A DNA stretch of 20,000 bases from an uncultured virus (IMG/VR IMGVR_UViG_3300032116_000114) (taxonomy: Duplodnaviria; Heunggongvirae; Uroviricota; Caudoviricetes), in IMG/VR virus record IMGVR_UViG_3300032116_000114, positions 58,484-78,483 of that record; one strand, given 5' to 3'. A program made the position numbers and the translations under genes. This document shows, piece after piece, positions 1-9,181 of this stretch (its first letter is position 1; every line of letters begins with the position of its first letter). The notes under the pieces are model-generated. The model worked only from the letters and a program-made list of their open reading frames with translations, did no database searches and was not told the origin of the DNA.

Positions 1-428
1 ATTTTATCAATGAAATGATGTGGTATAGGTGTATGACAGACCATATCAGCATCCATCCATAATAATATATCAGCATTGCAATTGGCAGCAGCGTGGCATA
101 CTGAATATACTTTATGACTAAATCGAATAGCATCCCATCGAAAGCCAATACCCAATTGCTTGCCTTTTCGATCTACTGGACCCTGGGGCATTTCGCCTCT
201 AGCTTTGGGATCGTTTTTCCAACGAGTTTTAAAGGCAACTAATTCTGGAACAGAGGCATGTAGATCGTGGATCACAAGATTGTCGGCCTGTTCAGTTATA
301 TTGCAGTCTTCAGCATAGACATGCAAGGTTATGTCCTTCGGCCAGTTTTGCAAAAAAGTTTCAATCATTCTTCGGCCGTATTGTTCATAACCGGCCTTAT
401 GAAATGTGGTAACTACTGCTTTTTTCAT
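1..428 (-). CDS. GT-A fold glycosyltransferase (nucleotide-diphospho-sugar transferase), runs off the left window edge
   Basis: Not in the ORF track. Manual translation from ATG 428: MKKAVVTTFHKAGYEQYGRRMIETFLQNWPKDITLHVYAED...RWDAIRFSHKVYSVCHAAANCNADILLWMDADMVCH. DxD motif (WMDAD) follows a hydrophobic strand; the ORF starts 4 nt after the GT25 stop. Confidence 0.75.
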   Translation of the reverse strand, partial: MKKAVVTTFHKAGYEQYGRRMIETFLQNWPKDITLHVYAEDCNITEQADNLVIHDLHASVPELVAFKTRWKNDPKARGEMPQGPVDRKGKQLGIGFRWDAIRFSHKVYSVCHAAANCNADILLWMDADMVCHTPIPHHFIDK

Positions 429-432
429 ATAA

Positions 433-1098
433 TTAATCCCAAACTTGTGTGTTAATCAAACTAATATTTCCTTCGTGCTCATTAGTAGCAGCCCCCATCA
501 TATAATTATGTATCTGTATTTTAACTATATATTGATTGATTGCATTATCTGCAGGCAAATATGTATTGGCATAAGTTTCAACTAATTTTTTTGCGGCATG
601 CGGATGTATTGCATACCCTCCGTTTCCAGGCATACTTGACGATCTGTAATGTACAGCCTCCGGCAATCCAGTTGGAGTGTCTAAGTAATGACGATATCTT
701 ATCATTTTGTTTGGATGGCTAAATGCTAAACTTAAAATATCGTCCCAATTAACAGGAATATAAGGACGCACTACTACAACATCGTCTTCAAATATTATAA
801 TAGATTTGTTGATTTCTACGCACATTTGCCATAGCCTGTAATGACTGTAGAAACATCCAATTTCTCCCGCCGGCGGAATTTCATTTCGAAAACTTTCAGA
901 ATACGGCATAGTAGGACCTTTAAAGCCCCAGGGGTGCCGCAATCTATGTTCTTCGATATATTGTTTACGAGCATCGTTTCCGTATGTTCCTTCAAATAAT
1001 TCAGATTCCATATTAAACATATCTAACGATTTTTTTAACTTCACAGCACTTGAAAAACTAGACTCTATTTGACTTAAACAAATAATATAACTCTTCAT
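433..1098 (-). CDS. Glycosyltransferase family 25 (LPS/LOS biosynthesis-like)
   Basis: GT25 motifs SYIICL, GEIGCFYSHYRLWQMC, IIIFEDD, GYAIHPHAAKKL, PAD. ATG 1098 preferred over TTG 1113. Confidence 0.85.
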   Translation of the reverse strand: MKSYIICLSQIESSFSSAVKLKKSLDMFNMESELFEGTYGNDARKQYIEEHRLRHPWGFKGPTMPYSESFRNEIPPAGEIGCFYSHYRLWQMCVEINKSIIIFEDDVVVVRPYIPVNWDDILSLAFSHPNKMIRYRHYLDTPTGLPEAVHYRSSSMPGNGGYAIHPHAAKKLVETYANTYLPADNAINQYIVKIQIHNYMMGAATNEHEGNISLINTQVWD

Positions 1099-1138
1099 TT
1101 CTAATACTTTCAAACTATATTAAAGAATTAATTCTTTT

Positions 1139-2152
1139 TCATTTTGTTTGTAGTGTCCAATCGATACCGTGTGTCTTACTATATCGATTAATATCTGCTT
1201 CAACCATCATTTTAACAAGACCGTCAAAATCAGTTTTACGTTTCCATCCTAGTACAGTTTCTGCTTTTGTAGGATTGCCGCAAAGGCTGTGCAATTCTGC
1301 AGGCCGCACAAATGCAGGATTAGTTTCAATATATTTTTGCCAATTGTCAATGCCGGCATATTTAAATGCACGTTCTAGTAAATCACCAATGGTATATTGT
1401 ACTCCGGTGGCAATCACATAATCGCCTGGCTCAGGTTGTTGCAACATTAACCACATGGCTTCAACAAAGTCACCGGCAAATCCCCAATCACGTTTTGCAT
1501 CTAAATTACCCAATGTGATTTTGTCAGCAAGTCCCATTTTAATTTTTGCAACACCGTCTGTAATTTTTCTAGTGACAAATTCTTTGCCTCTAATAGGACT
1601 TTCATGATTAAACAAGATTCCGTTTGATGCATGTAGACTATAACTTTCACGGAAATTTACAGTCATCCAGTATGCATACAATTTAGCAACACCATACGGA
1701 CTACGTGGCCAGAACGGAGTGTGCTCGTCCTGCTGTCCTCCTGAAATTTCAATACTATTACCAAACATTTCACTGGTGCTTGCTTGATAATATCTAGTAT
1801 CTGGGTTATGTTGTTTAATTGCGTTAAGAATATTTAAAACGCCCACAGCATTAACTTCGGTAGTCATTTTATTTAGATCCCAACTAGCTCCTACAAAACT
1901 TTGTGCAGCGAGATTATAAAATTCATTGGGTTTTAGGCTTTTTACCAAATGATTCATACATCCATCATCGGTAATATCTCCTGTAATTAATTCTACGTCG
2001 TTTTCAATTCCTAAAAATTTAATATTATCTAAATTTGGATTTGAATAACGTTTAACTAGACCATAAACTTTATAATCTTTTTCTACAAGTAATTTAGCAA
2101 GGTACGGTCCGTCTTGACCAGTCATCCCTGTCACAAAGGCAATTTTTTTCAT
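1139..2152 (-). CDS. gmd: GDP-mannose 4,6-dehydratase
   Basis: VTGMTGQDG NADP-binding motif, YNLAAQSFV, QASTSEMFG, PRSPYGVAK (YxxxK), GILFNHESP, FVTRKIT, LGNLDAKRDWG. RBS AGGA upstream. Confidence 0.97.
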   Translation of the reverse strand: MKKIAFVTGMTGQDGPYLAKLLVEKDYKVYGLVKRYSNPNLDNIKFLGIENDVELITGDITDDGCMNHLVKSLKPNEFYNLAAQSFVGASWDLNKMTTEVNAVGVLNILNAIKQHNPDTRYYQASTSEMFGNSIEISGGQQDEHTPFWPRSPYGVAKLYAYWMTVNFRESYSLHASNGILFNHESPIRGKEFVTRKITDGVAKIKMGLADKITLGNLDAKRDWGFAGDFVEAMWLMLQQPEPGDYVIATGVQYTIGDLLERAFKYAGIDNWQKYIETNPAFVRPAELHSLCGNPTKAETVLGWKRKTDFDGLVKMMVEADINRYSKTHGIDWTLQTK

Positions 2153-2179
2153 AGGTTTCCTAACAGTATTAGAGTGTTT

Positions 2180-2186
2180 TATTTAT
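2180..2186 (-). promoter_or_regulatory. T4-type late promoter motif (ATAAATA) upstream of the gmd/GT operon
   Basis: ATAAATA on the minus strand in the intergenic gap, about 27 nt before the gmd ATG; matches the T4 gp55 consensus TATAAATA. Confidence 0.55.
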
Positions 2187-2200
2187 GGTAAATTTACTGG

Positions 2201-2599
2201 TCATATTTTATTTTTCCAAACGTAATAACCTTTAGCAACTTCTCGGATTGCATAATGATCAGCCTTGAGTATTTTTTGACATTCTGCAGAAATTAATTCC
2301 GGTCCTTGAATAATAATAGTAGGAGCAGTTCTACGCCATATTTGAGTTAATTCTGGTATGAATTTTTCTTGATTGAAATCCACAATTATAAAATCAATAT
2401 CAGTGAGTAAGTGAATATTATCAAAATTCTCTCTATAAACTGCATTTCGTTTTCGAATACGGGGTTCTAGTTCATTAACTACAAACACTGTATCAAATGT
2501 GTCAAGAAGATCCTCGAGATTTCCCAATGCTGTGCCTAGCACAAGGATATTACGTGCTTGTTTATTAGATTTTTTTAATCGTTTTGAAAATTTCATCAC
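2201..2599 (-). CDS. Hypothetical protein, possibly a degenerate class I SAM-methyltransferase fold
   Basis: 132-aa ORF. NILVLGTALG resembles motif I and DIDFIIVD resembles motif IV; the similarity is weak. Confidence 0.5.
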   Translation of the reverse strand: MMKFSKRLKKSNKQARNILVLGTALGNLEDLLDTFDTVFVVNELEPRIRKRNAVYRENFDNIHLLTDIDFIIVDFNQEKFIPELTQIWRRTAPTIIIQGPELISAECQKILKADHYAIREVAKGYYVWKNKI

Positions 2600-2608
2600 A
2601 GTTATTCA

Positions 2609-2628
2609 TTAAATACACATATATTTAT
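2609..2628. promoter_or_regulatory. Pair of opposed late-promoter motifs in the gap between divergent genes
   Basis: TTAAATA on + at 2609-2615 and ATAAATA on - at 2622-2628, within a 35-nt gap. Confidence 0.55.
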
Positions 2629-2634
2629 TTGACA

Positions 2635-3486
2635 ATGAAATTCAAAATTCACAAAGAAAATGGTGCATTAAACAGTGTTCCTATATTTGCAGCATTAGAG
2701 CAGGGAATACAAAAACTTGGATTTTCTGTGGTAGATCACGGTCAAGATGTTGATGTCATTTGGTCAGTATTATGGCACGGACGTATGCAACGAAACCAAC
2801 TGATATACAATCAATGCCGTAAACTAAAAAAACCAGTGCTGATAATTGAAGTTGGAAATTTACGTAGGGGCGAAACATGGCGGGTCAGTTTAGACCACAT
2901 ACATAGCCATGGAATTTTTGGAAATACTGAAAATCTTGACAAAAATAGGCCGAGCGCAATTGGAATAGATTTAAAATTTTTTCAACAGGAAAGGAATAAT
3001 AAAATTTTAATTGCCTGTCAACACGACCGTAGTCTTCAATGGGAAGGCCAACCTTCAATGGCAGAGTGGGTCCGACAAAAAATCACAGAAATTAGGAAAT
3101 TTACCGATAAATCCATTGTAGTGCGACCACATCCTAGATCTCCTTTTACGCTTAATGTTCCCGGAGTAGTCATCGAAACTCCTAAAAAAATTGTTGGCAG
3201 CTACGATGCCTTTGATATCGATTACCGCTATCACTGTGTAATCAATCACAACAGTGGTCCGGCTGTTCAAGCGGCAATTAACGGTATACCGGTGGTTTGT
3301 CACCAGTCAAGTTTGGCATTTCCTGTCAGTGACCGTATAGAGAATATTGCCGACCCAAGTTTGCCTGATAGACAAGAATGGTTTTTAAAATTATGTCACA
3401 CCGAATGGACTGTAAACGAAATAGCCCAAGGTATACCAATCAATAGGCTTATACCAGAGTTAAAAAATTACCTAAATAATCATTGA
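2635..3486 (+). CDS. Capsule polysaccharide biosynthesis-like (KpsC/KpsS-type GT-B) protein
   Basis: Motifs LIIEVG, ILIACQHDRS, IVVRPHP, INHNSGPAVQAAINGIPV. ATG 2635 preferred because TTG 2584 overlaps the opposite gene. Confidence 0.65.
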   Translation: MKFKIHKENGALNSVPIFAALEQGIQKLGFSVVDHGQDVDVIWSVLWHGRMQRNQLIYNQCRKLKKPVLIIEVGNLRRGETWRVSLDHIHSHGIFGNTENLDKNRPSAIGIDLKFFQQERNNKILIACQHDRSLQWEGQPSMAEWVRQKITEIRKFTDKSIVVRPHPRSPFTLNVPGVVIETPKKIVGSYDAFDIDYRYHCVINHNSGPAVQAAINGIPVVCHQSSLAFPVSDRIENIADPSLPDRQEWFLKLCHTEWTVNEIAQGIPINRLIPELKNYLNNH

Positions 3487-3511
3487 CTTTTACGAAAAAA
3501 TACAGTATAGT
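3483..3511 (+). promoter_or_regulatory. sigma70-type promoter, probably leaderless
   Basis: TTGACT (3483-3488), 17-nt spacer, TATAGT (3506-3511). ATG lies 6 nt downstream with no SD. Confidence 0.7.
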
Positions 3512-3517
3512 ATTAAT

Positions 3518-4714
3518 ATGTCAAAGTTCTCTTACATTGAAGATCTGTTCCTTGAATTTTATAACCAAACAATTTTGGATGTAGAGATTCTAATGGATCA
3601 AGATAGTGCAGCCATGCACAGTTTTTACAATCAGATTTCAATGGGCAATCAATTGACCGCAAATCAGGGCAATTTTTTACTAAAAATATTAGTAAAATAT
3701 AAATCTCATTCTAAGAGGTTGGGAATTGACTATGGTACGTTAATCGAGTCGCCAATATGGAAAAACAGCTTTAGAAAATTAGATCTTTCTAAAAAAGTGT
3801 TTGTAGAAGAAAACAATGACGGTGATATTTCTATCTGTTTAAAATTTCCATATTCTCTAAAAGATGTGTTTGACAAAGAATTTAACGTTAGTCAATTAAG
3901 CTACGGCGCTAGTCAATGGGATGTTGAAAGAAAAATTAGAGTGCTAGATGTTTACAAATTTAATGTAATTCACCTAGAAGAATTTTTAAGAAAACACGAA
4001 TTTGAACTCGACGAATCGTTCTTAAAATTAGTCGATAATGTTGCAGAAATTTGGAATCAACAAGAACAAATTATACCACGTGCAGAAATTGTAGATAACG
4101 ATATTAGATTAATAAATTCTACAGACGACGCACAAAATTTTTATCAAGCACATAAATTAAATAATTTTCAGCACGATTTATTTCTAGCAAAATCAATGGG
4201 CTATCCGGTGATTTTTGATAGGCCTACAAAAACTCCTTTAGAGCGTATATGTGAATCGAGCTCTAAACATTTTTGGTTGAAAACTAACAAGGAATTTTTT
4301 GATCTTCACAAAGATATAAACGGAATTACTTGTGTGTTAATAGATCGAAACACTCAAAATATTATCGAATGGCTTACAAAATTTATAGGCGAGGCAGATC
4401 TTGCAGGCATTCTGCGATCCGAAATAAAAGTTTGTTTTAGAGATCCTGTAGAAAAGAAATCAAAATTAAATGAGTGGATTAAGGACAATGCACTTGGCGG
4501 CACAGTACGAGATGGAAAGATTTTAATATTTCTTCAGAAACCACCTAAGTGGTTGTTTAAAGACAACATTGATGTTAAAATAGTTATTACAAATAGCTAC
4601 ACACCTATCAATGAACCGACAACATCTGCATGGTTATCAGTTCATCCATGTGTTTGTTATTTGGGAGATATCAAACCTACTCCAATAAGGAAACAACAAA
4701 TTGTCACTTTGTAA
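3518..4714 (+). CDS. Hypothetical protein upstream of the UvsW-like helicase, with a HARP-like segment
   Basis: 398-aa ORF overlapping the helicase start by 14 nt. LKFPYS...QWDVERK resembles HARP-domain motifs. Function is inferred only. Confidence 0.6.
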   Translation: MSKFSYIEDLFLEFYNQTILDVEILMDQDSAAMHSFYNQISMGNQLTANQGNFLLKILVKYKSHSKRLGIDYGTLIESPIWKNSFRKLDLSKKVFVEENNDGDISICLKFPYSLKDVFDKEFNVSQLSYGASQWDVERKIRVLDVYKFNVIHLEEFLRKHEFELDESFLKLVDNVAEIWNQQEQIIPRAEIVDNDIRLINSTDDAQNFYQAHKLNNFQHDLFLAKSMGYPVIFDRPTKTPLERICESSSKHFWLKTNKEFFDLHKDINGITCVLIDRNTQNIIEWLTKFIGEADLAGILRSEIKVCFRDPVEKKSKLNEWIKDNALGGTVRDGKILIFLQKPPKWLFKDNIDVKIVITNSYTPINEPTTSAWLSVHPCVCYLGDIKPTPIRKQQIVTL

Positions 4715-6155
4715 ACTAGTAATTCGAGATGAAGTCAACATTAAGTTAGAAGGACTTAGTGTTGAAACACGAAGAAAAATTGTTAACAAATTGAAATTTG
4801 ATTTGCCTTATGCCCGTCATATGCCTGCCTTTAAACTAGGTCGATGGGATGGAACAAAAACATATTTTGGTATTGGAGGCACTGGCTATCTTGCACATCT
4901 AGACGTCATTCTACCTATCGTTGAAGATGCTGGATATGAAATTGAAATTGATGATTTGCGCCAACATAACAAAATAGAATTTCAAGCAGTCACTGAAAAC
5001 TATTGGGCAGATAAAGGCAAGACATGGCCTAAAGGGCATCCGGAAGCAGGTAAGCCCATCATTCTGAGAGATTATCAATTTGATGTTGTAAACAAGTTTT
5101 TAGAAAACCCACAATCATTACAGGAGGTAGCAACAGGTGCAGGCAAAACGATTACTACAGCGACACTATCGCATCTTTGTGAGACGTATGGGCGTACGAT
5201 GGTTATTGTTCCGAACAAATCTCTTGTTGTACAAACTGAGGAAGACTACAAAAACCTTGGACTAGATGTTGGAGTTTATTTCGGTGATAGAAAAGAATTA
5301 AACAAGACTCACACTATATGCACATGGCAAAGTCTTAATGTATTAGATAAGAAAAGCTATGACGACGATACGTTGTCGTTGGCGGAATTTACTGCTGGTG
5401 TATCGGCAATTATCATTGATGAAGTTCATCAAGCTAAAGCAGAAGTACTGACAAAATTGTTGACACAGAATTTTAATAACTGTGCAATCCGTTGGGGACT
5501 TACTGGAACTATACCTAAAGAAGCGTGGGAATTTCAGGGCATTCTTGCCAGTATTGGTCCCGTTATCAATCAAGTGTCTGCACACGATCTACAAGAAAAG
5601 GGTGTGCTAGCACAATTACAAATTAATATTTTACAAACTAATGAAGTTCAAGTGTTTAGAAGTTTTGCTGATGAATATGCATTTCTAGTGACTGATGATT
5701 CTAGAATTACATGGATGGCAAATAAAATTAAATCGTTGGCATTGTCTGGCAATACCCTTGTTTTAATCAATAGAATTGACACCGGGAACAAATTAATCGA
5801 ACGTATACCTGAAGCTGTGTTTGTCAGTGGCGGGATGAAACTAGACGACCGAAAGGAAGAATATGACGAGATTAAAACAAGTGATGGCAAGATTATTGTG
5901 GCGACTTACGGTGTGGCCGCTGTGGGTATTAATATTCCAAGGATTTTTAATTTGGTTCTTGTTGAACCCGGAAAGAGCTTTGTTAGAGTTATACAAAGTA
6001 TTGGGCGAGGCATTAGAAAAGCGGAAGACAAAGACCACGTGGAAATCTGGGATATAACCAGCGCCTGCAAATATTCTAAAAGACATTTAACTGAACGAAA
6101 AAAATACTACAAGGAGGCGAAATACCCCTTTACAATTACTAAGGTAAACATATGA
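4701..6155 (+). CDS. uvsW: Superfamily 2 DNA helicase, UvsW-like
   Basis: Q-motif LRDYQ, Walker A ATGAGKT, IIIDEVH, GLTGT, VGINIP, IQSIGRGIR, WDI. T4 UvsW-like size; TTG start after AGGA. Confidence 0.9.
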   Translation: MSLCKLVIRDEVNIKLEGLSVETRRKIVNKLKFDLPYARHMPAFKLGRWDGTKTYFGIGGTGYLAHLDVILPIVEDAGYEIEIDDLRQHNKIEFQAVTENYWADKGKTWPKGHPEAGKPIILRDYQFDVVNKFLENPQSLQEVATGAGKTITTATLSHLCETYGRTMVIVPNKSLVVQTEEDYKNLGLDVGVYFGDRKELNKTHTICTWQSLNVLDKKSYDDDTLSLAEFTAGVSAIIIDEVHQAKAEVLTKLLTQNFNNCAIRWGLTGTIPKEAWEFQGILASIGPVINQVSAHDLQEKGVLAQLQINILQTNEVQVFRSFADEYAFLVTDDSRITWMANKIKSLALSGNTLVLINRIDTGNKLIERIPEAVFVSGGMKLDDRKEEYDEIKTSDGKIIVATYGVAAVGINIPRIFNLVLVEPGKSFVRVIQSIGRGIRKAEDKDHVEIWDITSACKYSKRHLTERKKYYKEAKYPFTITKVNI

Positions 6156-6658
6156 AAATACTAACATTAAACAATAGGTCTTTTGACCTAAATGAATTAC
6201 CAGATGAGGTAGACGAAGATACTAGATTTTCAGTCTTAGATAATTCTAATCCCAACGAGCCGGATTTTTTCTTCATGCCGTTAATTTTCTTAGAAAGTTT
6301 CAATAGTCCTGCAATTTTATTAAGCATCGGCGGCTATGAAGTACAAATGCCTTTAGATTGGTGTATGGTTGTTGGCGATAGAGATTGCGGCCTTGATCCA
6401 GAAGTATTGCCACTTACCAGTTTGAATGAGCGAGGGTTTGATGCTTTTATCTTTAATCCTATTAATGGATTTAAGTGTGAGTACATGAACATAGAAATAG
6501 TAAATATCTATCAAGACGTTCGATGGTATTTTCCAAAAATGAAAAATGGTCAATTATTAACGGTTCCGTTACACGACGGACCAAATCCGCCTTGTGCATA
6601 TTTTGTTAAAGAAATAAGTAGACAAAGCGAAGTACTGCAATTGGATAAAGTGATATGA
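6152..6658 (+). CDS. Hypothetical protein, possible catalytically inactive Hint-like fold
   Basis: 168-aa beta-rich ORF coupled to the helicase by an ATGA overlap; fold inferred from strand pattern. Confidence 0.6.
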   Translation: MKILTLNNRSFDLNELPDEVDEDTRFSVLDNSNPNEPDFFFMPLIFLESFNSPAILLSIGGYEVQMPLDWCMVVGDRDCGLDPEVLPLTSLNERGFDAFIFNPINGFKCEYMNIEIVNIYQDVRWYFPKMKNGQLLTVPLHDGPNPPCAYFVKEISRQSEVLQLDKVI

Positions 6659-7191
6659 AAGCTGGTAAGATTCTTTTAAATGTTCCATTGACTTACAATA
6701 GCAAACACTCTCAAAATCGTAGAGAATATTTTATAAACGATCTTGTCAATCACCATAAATGGACTACTGGTGCAGAAATCGGAGTTCGAGAGGGTCGAAC
6801 TTTATTTTGTCTGTTAGAAAATAATCCAGCATTAAACATGTATGCTGTTGATAAACAAATTGACCAATTTTACAATCAAAAAGTTCAAAAAAAATATAAT
6901 AATAGATTAACAGTCCTTGAAGGTATTAGTTGGGATATGGCAGTGTCGGTTCCGGATAAGAGTCTAGATTTCTTTTTTATCGATGCAGGACACGGATATA
7001 AATCAGTTACTAGAGACTTAAATGCATGGATTCCTAAGCTGAAAGACACTGGATGGTTTATTGGTCACGACATTAACTTTCCAGCAGTTAATCAAGCAGT
7101 TAAGGATAAGTTTGGAACATTTGAAGTAGGACCAGACAATGTTTGGTTTCTATCGCCTAATAAGAATTACAGTTTTTTGGAGAAAATATGA
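6655..7191 (+). CDS. Class I SAM-dependent methyltransferase (Methyltransf_24-like)
   Basis: GAEIGVREG motif I, YAVD, DFFFIDAGHGY, W..KLK..GWFIGHD. Confidence 0.85.
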   Translation: MKAGKILLNVPLTYNSKHSQNRREYFINDLVNHHKWTTGAEIGVREGRTLFCLLENNPALNMYAVDKQIDQFYNQKVQKKYNNRLTVLEGISWDMAVSVPDKSLDFFFIDAGHGYKSVTRDLNAWIPKLKDTGWFIGHDINFPAVNQAVKDKFGTFEVGPDNVWFLSPNKNYSFLEKI

Positions 7192-7544
7192 AAGCAGGAA
7201 AAGTATGGGGTCAAACAGAACTCCTTGAAGCAAACGGTGTATTAGAGTTTCATCGCATTGAAGCTAAAAAAGGTGGCACATGTTCTAAACATAAACATCG
7301 ATATAAGTGGAATGGTTTTTTTGTTGAAAAGGGTGAAATGATCATTCGTGTGTGGAAAAACAATTACGACCTAGTAGATGAAACATTGCTAACAGCAGGA
7401 CAGTACACTAAGGTAGCGCCAGGTGAATATCATCAATTTGAAGCTGTGACAGATTGTATTGCGTTTGAACTATATTGGGCAGAGTTTGATCACGATGACA
7501 TTGAACGTGAAACTGTTGGATACGCAAAAAATGGGAAATCTTAA
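7188..7544 (+). CDS. Cupin-domain protein (sugar isomerase-like)
   Basis: KVWG, CSKHKH..K.NGFFV..G, PGEYHQF cupin metal-binding motifs. Confidence 0.8.
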   Translation: MKAGKVWGQTELLEANGVLEFHRIEAKKGGTCSKHKHRYKWNGFFVEKGEMIIRVWKNNYDLVDETLLTAGQYTKVAPGEYHQFEAVTDCIAFELYWAEFDHDDIERETVGYAKNGKS

Positions 7545-7803
7545 ACCAGGTGCAACTTATGTATACGAGCACCAAGATGGTGTTGTATATGCCACTGAAG
7601 AAGGTACTACCGATAAAATTGCTATCGGTTGGAACTATGGTCCTAATAAGCCAGGCGACGGCAAGGCAACCTATTTAGAATCAAAAGAATCTCTTATTTG
7701 GAGAGAAATTAGAATGGTAGCAAAAACAAATCCGGCCTTGCAACATGCCTTAGATCAGTGTATAATACTTTATCACTTGAGTAAAGATAATGGCAAAAAA
7801 TAA
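7531..7803 (+). CDS. Hypothetical phage protein
   Basis: ATG 7531 (MGNLKPGATYVYE...) overlaps the cupin end; the ORF fills the gap to the next gene. Confidence 0.65.
   Translation: MGNLKPGATYVYEHQDGVVYATEEGTTDKIAIGWNYGPNKPGDGKATYLESKESLIWREIRMVAKTNPALQHALDQCIILYHLSKDNGKK
7738..7766 (+). promoter_or_regulatory. sigma70-type promoter inside a CDS, upstream of the gp62-like/Zn-finger/mini-DnaE operon
   Basis: TTGCAA (7738-7743), 17-nt spacer, TATAAT (7761-7766); next ATG at 7790. Confidence 0.65.
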
Positions 7804-8269
7804 ACACTTAGATCTATTCGACACAATTATTCCATCAGTTGATATGGGATATAAGGATTTATGGGATGCTGCTAATGATGAAGGACGAAAAGAACTTAAG
7901 GGCGACTTTTGGAATCTTAATCGTTGGATAAGTGCTCCAAAGTCTCGAGATCCTGAAGTTCTAGAACATTTTATTTTAACTGTTAACGAATACTACAATA
8001 AAAATTGGAACGCTATTCAAAAACATCCTAAATTAGTTTGGCAGTCATTGTGTGTATGCAGTCGCGGAGATGGAAAAACTCACTACAGAGAATATATTCC
8101 TCTAAAGAAAGAAACAAATAAAAAAGAAAAGTTTTTAGCAGAGATGTTTCCTAATATGAAAATGTTGGATGTAGAAACACTTGCTGCAATAACCACAGAC
8201 AAAGAGATTAAAGAGTATGCTAAGGACCTTGGTTGGGACAAAAAGCAAATTGCAGACATTAAATTATAA
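7790..8269 (+). CDS. Putative clamp-loader small subunit (T4 gp62-like)
   Basis: Size, helical character and the pattern FWNLNRWIS...VNEYYN...HPKLVW...YIP resemble gp62-family proteins; replication context. Confidence 0.45.
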   Translation: MAKNKHLDLFDTIIPSVDMGYKDLWDAANDEGRKELKGDFWNLNRWISAPKSRDPEVLEHFILTVNEYYNKNWNAIQKHPKLVWQSLCVCSRGDGKTHYREYIPLKKETNKKEKFLAEMFPNMKMLDVETLAAITTDKEIKEYAKDLGWDKKQIADIKL

Positions 8270-8936
8270 GTGCGAATACTGTAATAAGTTGTTTGCCAAA
8301 GAAAAAACTTTGGTAGTGCATATCTGCGAACAAAAACGCCGGCACATGTCAAAAAGTGAAAGGCACGTTCAAGCTGGTTTATTAACCTATCAACGATTTT
8401 ATGAACTTACGCAGAAGGCCAAACAGGCTAAAACATTTGACGAATTTGCATCTAGTCCCTATTACACAGCTTTTATAAAGTTTGGTAGTTTTTTAGTTAA
8501 TACTAATCCCATATACCCAGAAAGATTCATTGACTTTGTGATCAAGAGTGGAATTAAATTAGATCACTGGTGCCGAGATGAGATGTATGATACATACGTC
8601 AGTGAACTAATCAAGATAGAACCAGCAGACGGTGCAATACAGAGAACTATTAAAACTATGATGGATTGGAGTGAGTCTAGTAATGCTCCTTGGGAGCATT
8701 ACTTCCAATATGTTAATTTAAACAGAGCTACGCATGATATTAAAGAGGGTTTAATAAGTCCTTGGATGGTGTTAAATAGCAAGTCAGGAAAAGAAATGTT
8801 AAAACGTATGAATGACGAACAGTTAGAAATAATTGGACCAGTTATTGATCCTAATCATTGGTCTCGACGTTTTAAATCTTTGCCTGCAGATGTAGAGTTA
8901 GTTAAAGACGTCATCAAGGAGGCGAAAATATTATGA
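8250..8936 (+). CDS. N-terminal zinc-finger protein of unknown function
   Basis: YKCEYCNKLFAKEKTLVVHIC is a C2H2/C2HC-type finger. TTG 8250 is the likely start (track gives 8217). Confidence 0.7.
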   Translation: MQTLNYKCEYCNKLFAKEKTLVVHICEQKRRHMSKSERHVQAGLLTYQRFYELTQKAKQAKTFDEFASSPYYTAFIKFGSFLVNTNPIYPERFIDFVIKSGIKLDHWCRDEMYDTYVSELIKIEPADGAIQRTIKTMMDWSESSNAPWEHYFQYVNLNRATHDIKEGLISPWMVLNSKSGKEMLKRMNDEQLEIIGPVIDPNHWSRRFKSLPADVELVKDVIKEAKIL

Positions 8937-9181
8937 TTTTTAAGAAGCGACGAGAAGAGCCAAAACCTGAAATTGTAGAAGATGAAGAAGTAGACTTGGC
9001 TGAAAATGAAGAACATATCTCCAGTGATGAAGTTGACATCGAAGTAGTAGTTGCTGACGACTCCGACGATGTCTATGTAAAATTTTCGGGATTTAACGAT
9101 CACGAGGATGCTGAAGAATATGCACAATTTTTAGCAGACACATTACCATTATTACTTTTTGAAACCACAAGGCTAAATTAA
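8933..9181 (+). CDS. Small highly acidic protein
   Basis: 82 aa with about 26 D/E by hand count. AGGAGG SD upstream; overlaps both neighbours (ATGA and TAATG). Confidence 0.7.
   Translation: MIFKKRREEPKPEIVEDEEVDLAENEEHISSDEVDIEVVVADDSDDVYVKFSGFNDHEDAEEYAQFLADTLPLLLFETTRLN

Noticed and set aside
267..722. Plus-strand ORFs 267-455 and 540-722
   Set aside because: They are antisense to well-supported glycosyltransferase genes and show no SD or motifs.
6152..6658. Active intein
   Set aside because: It is a separate ORF lacking the N-terminal nucleophile, TxxH and terminal His-Asn.
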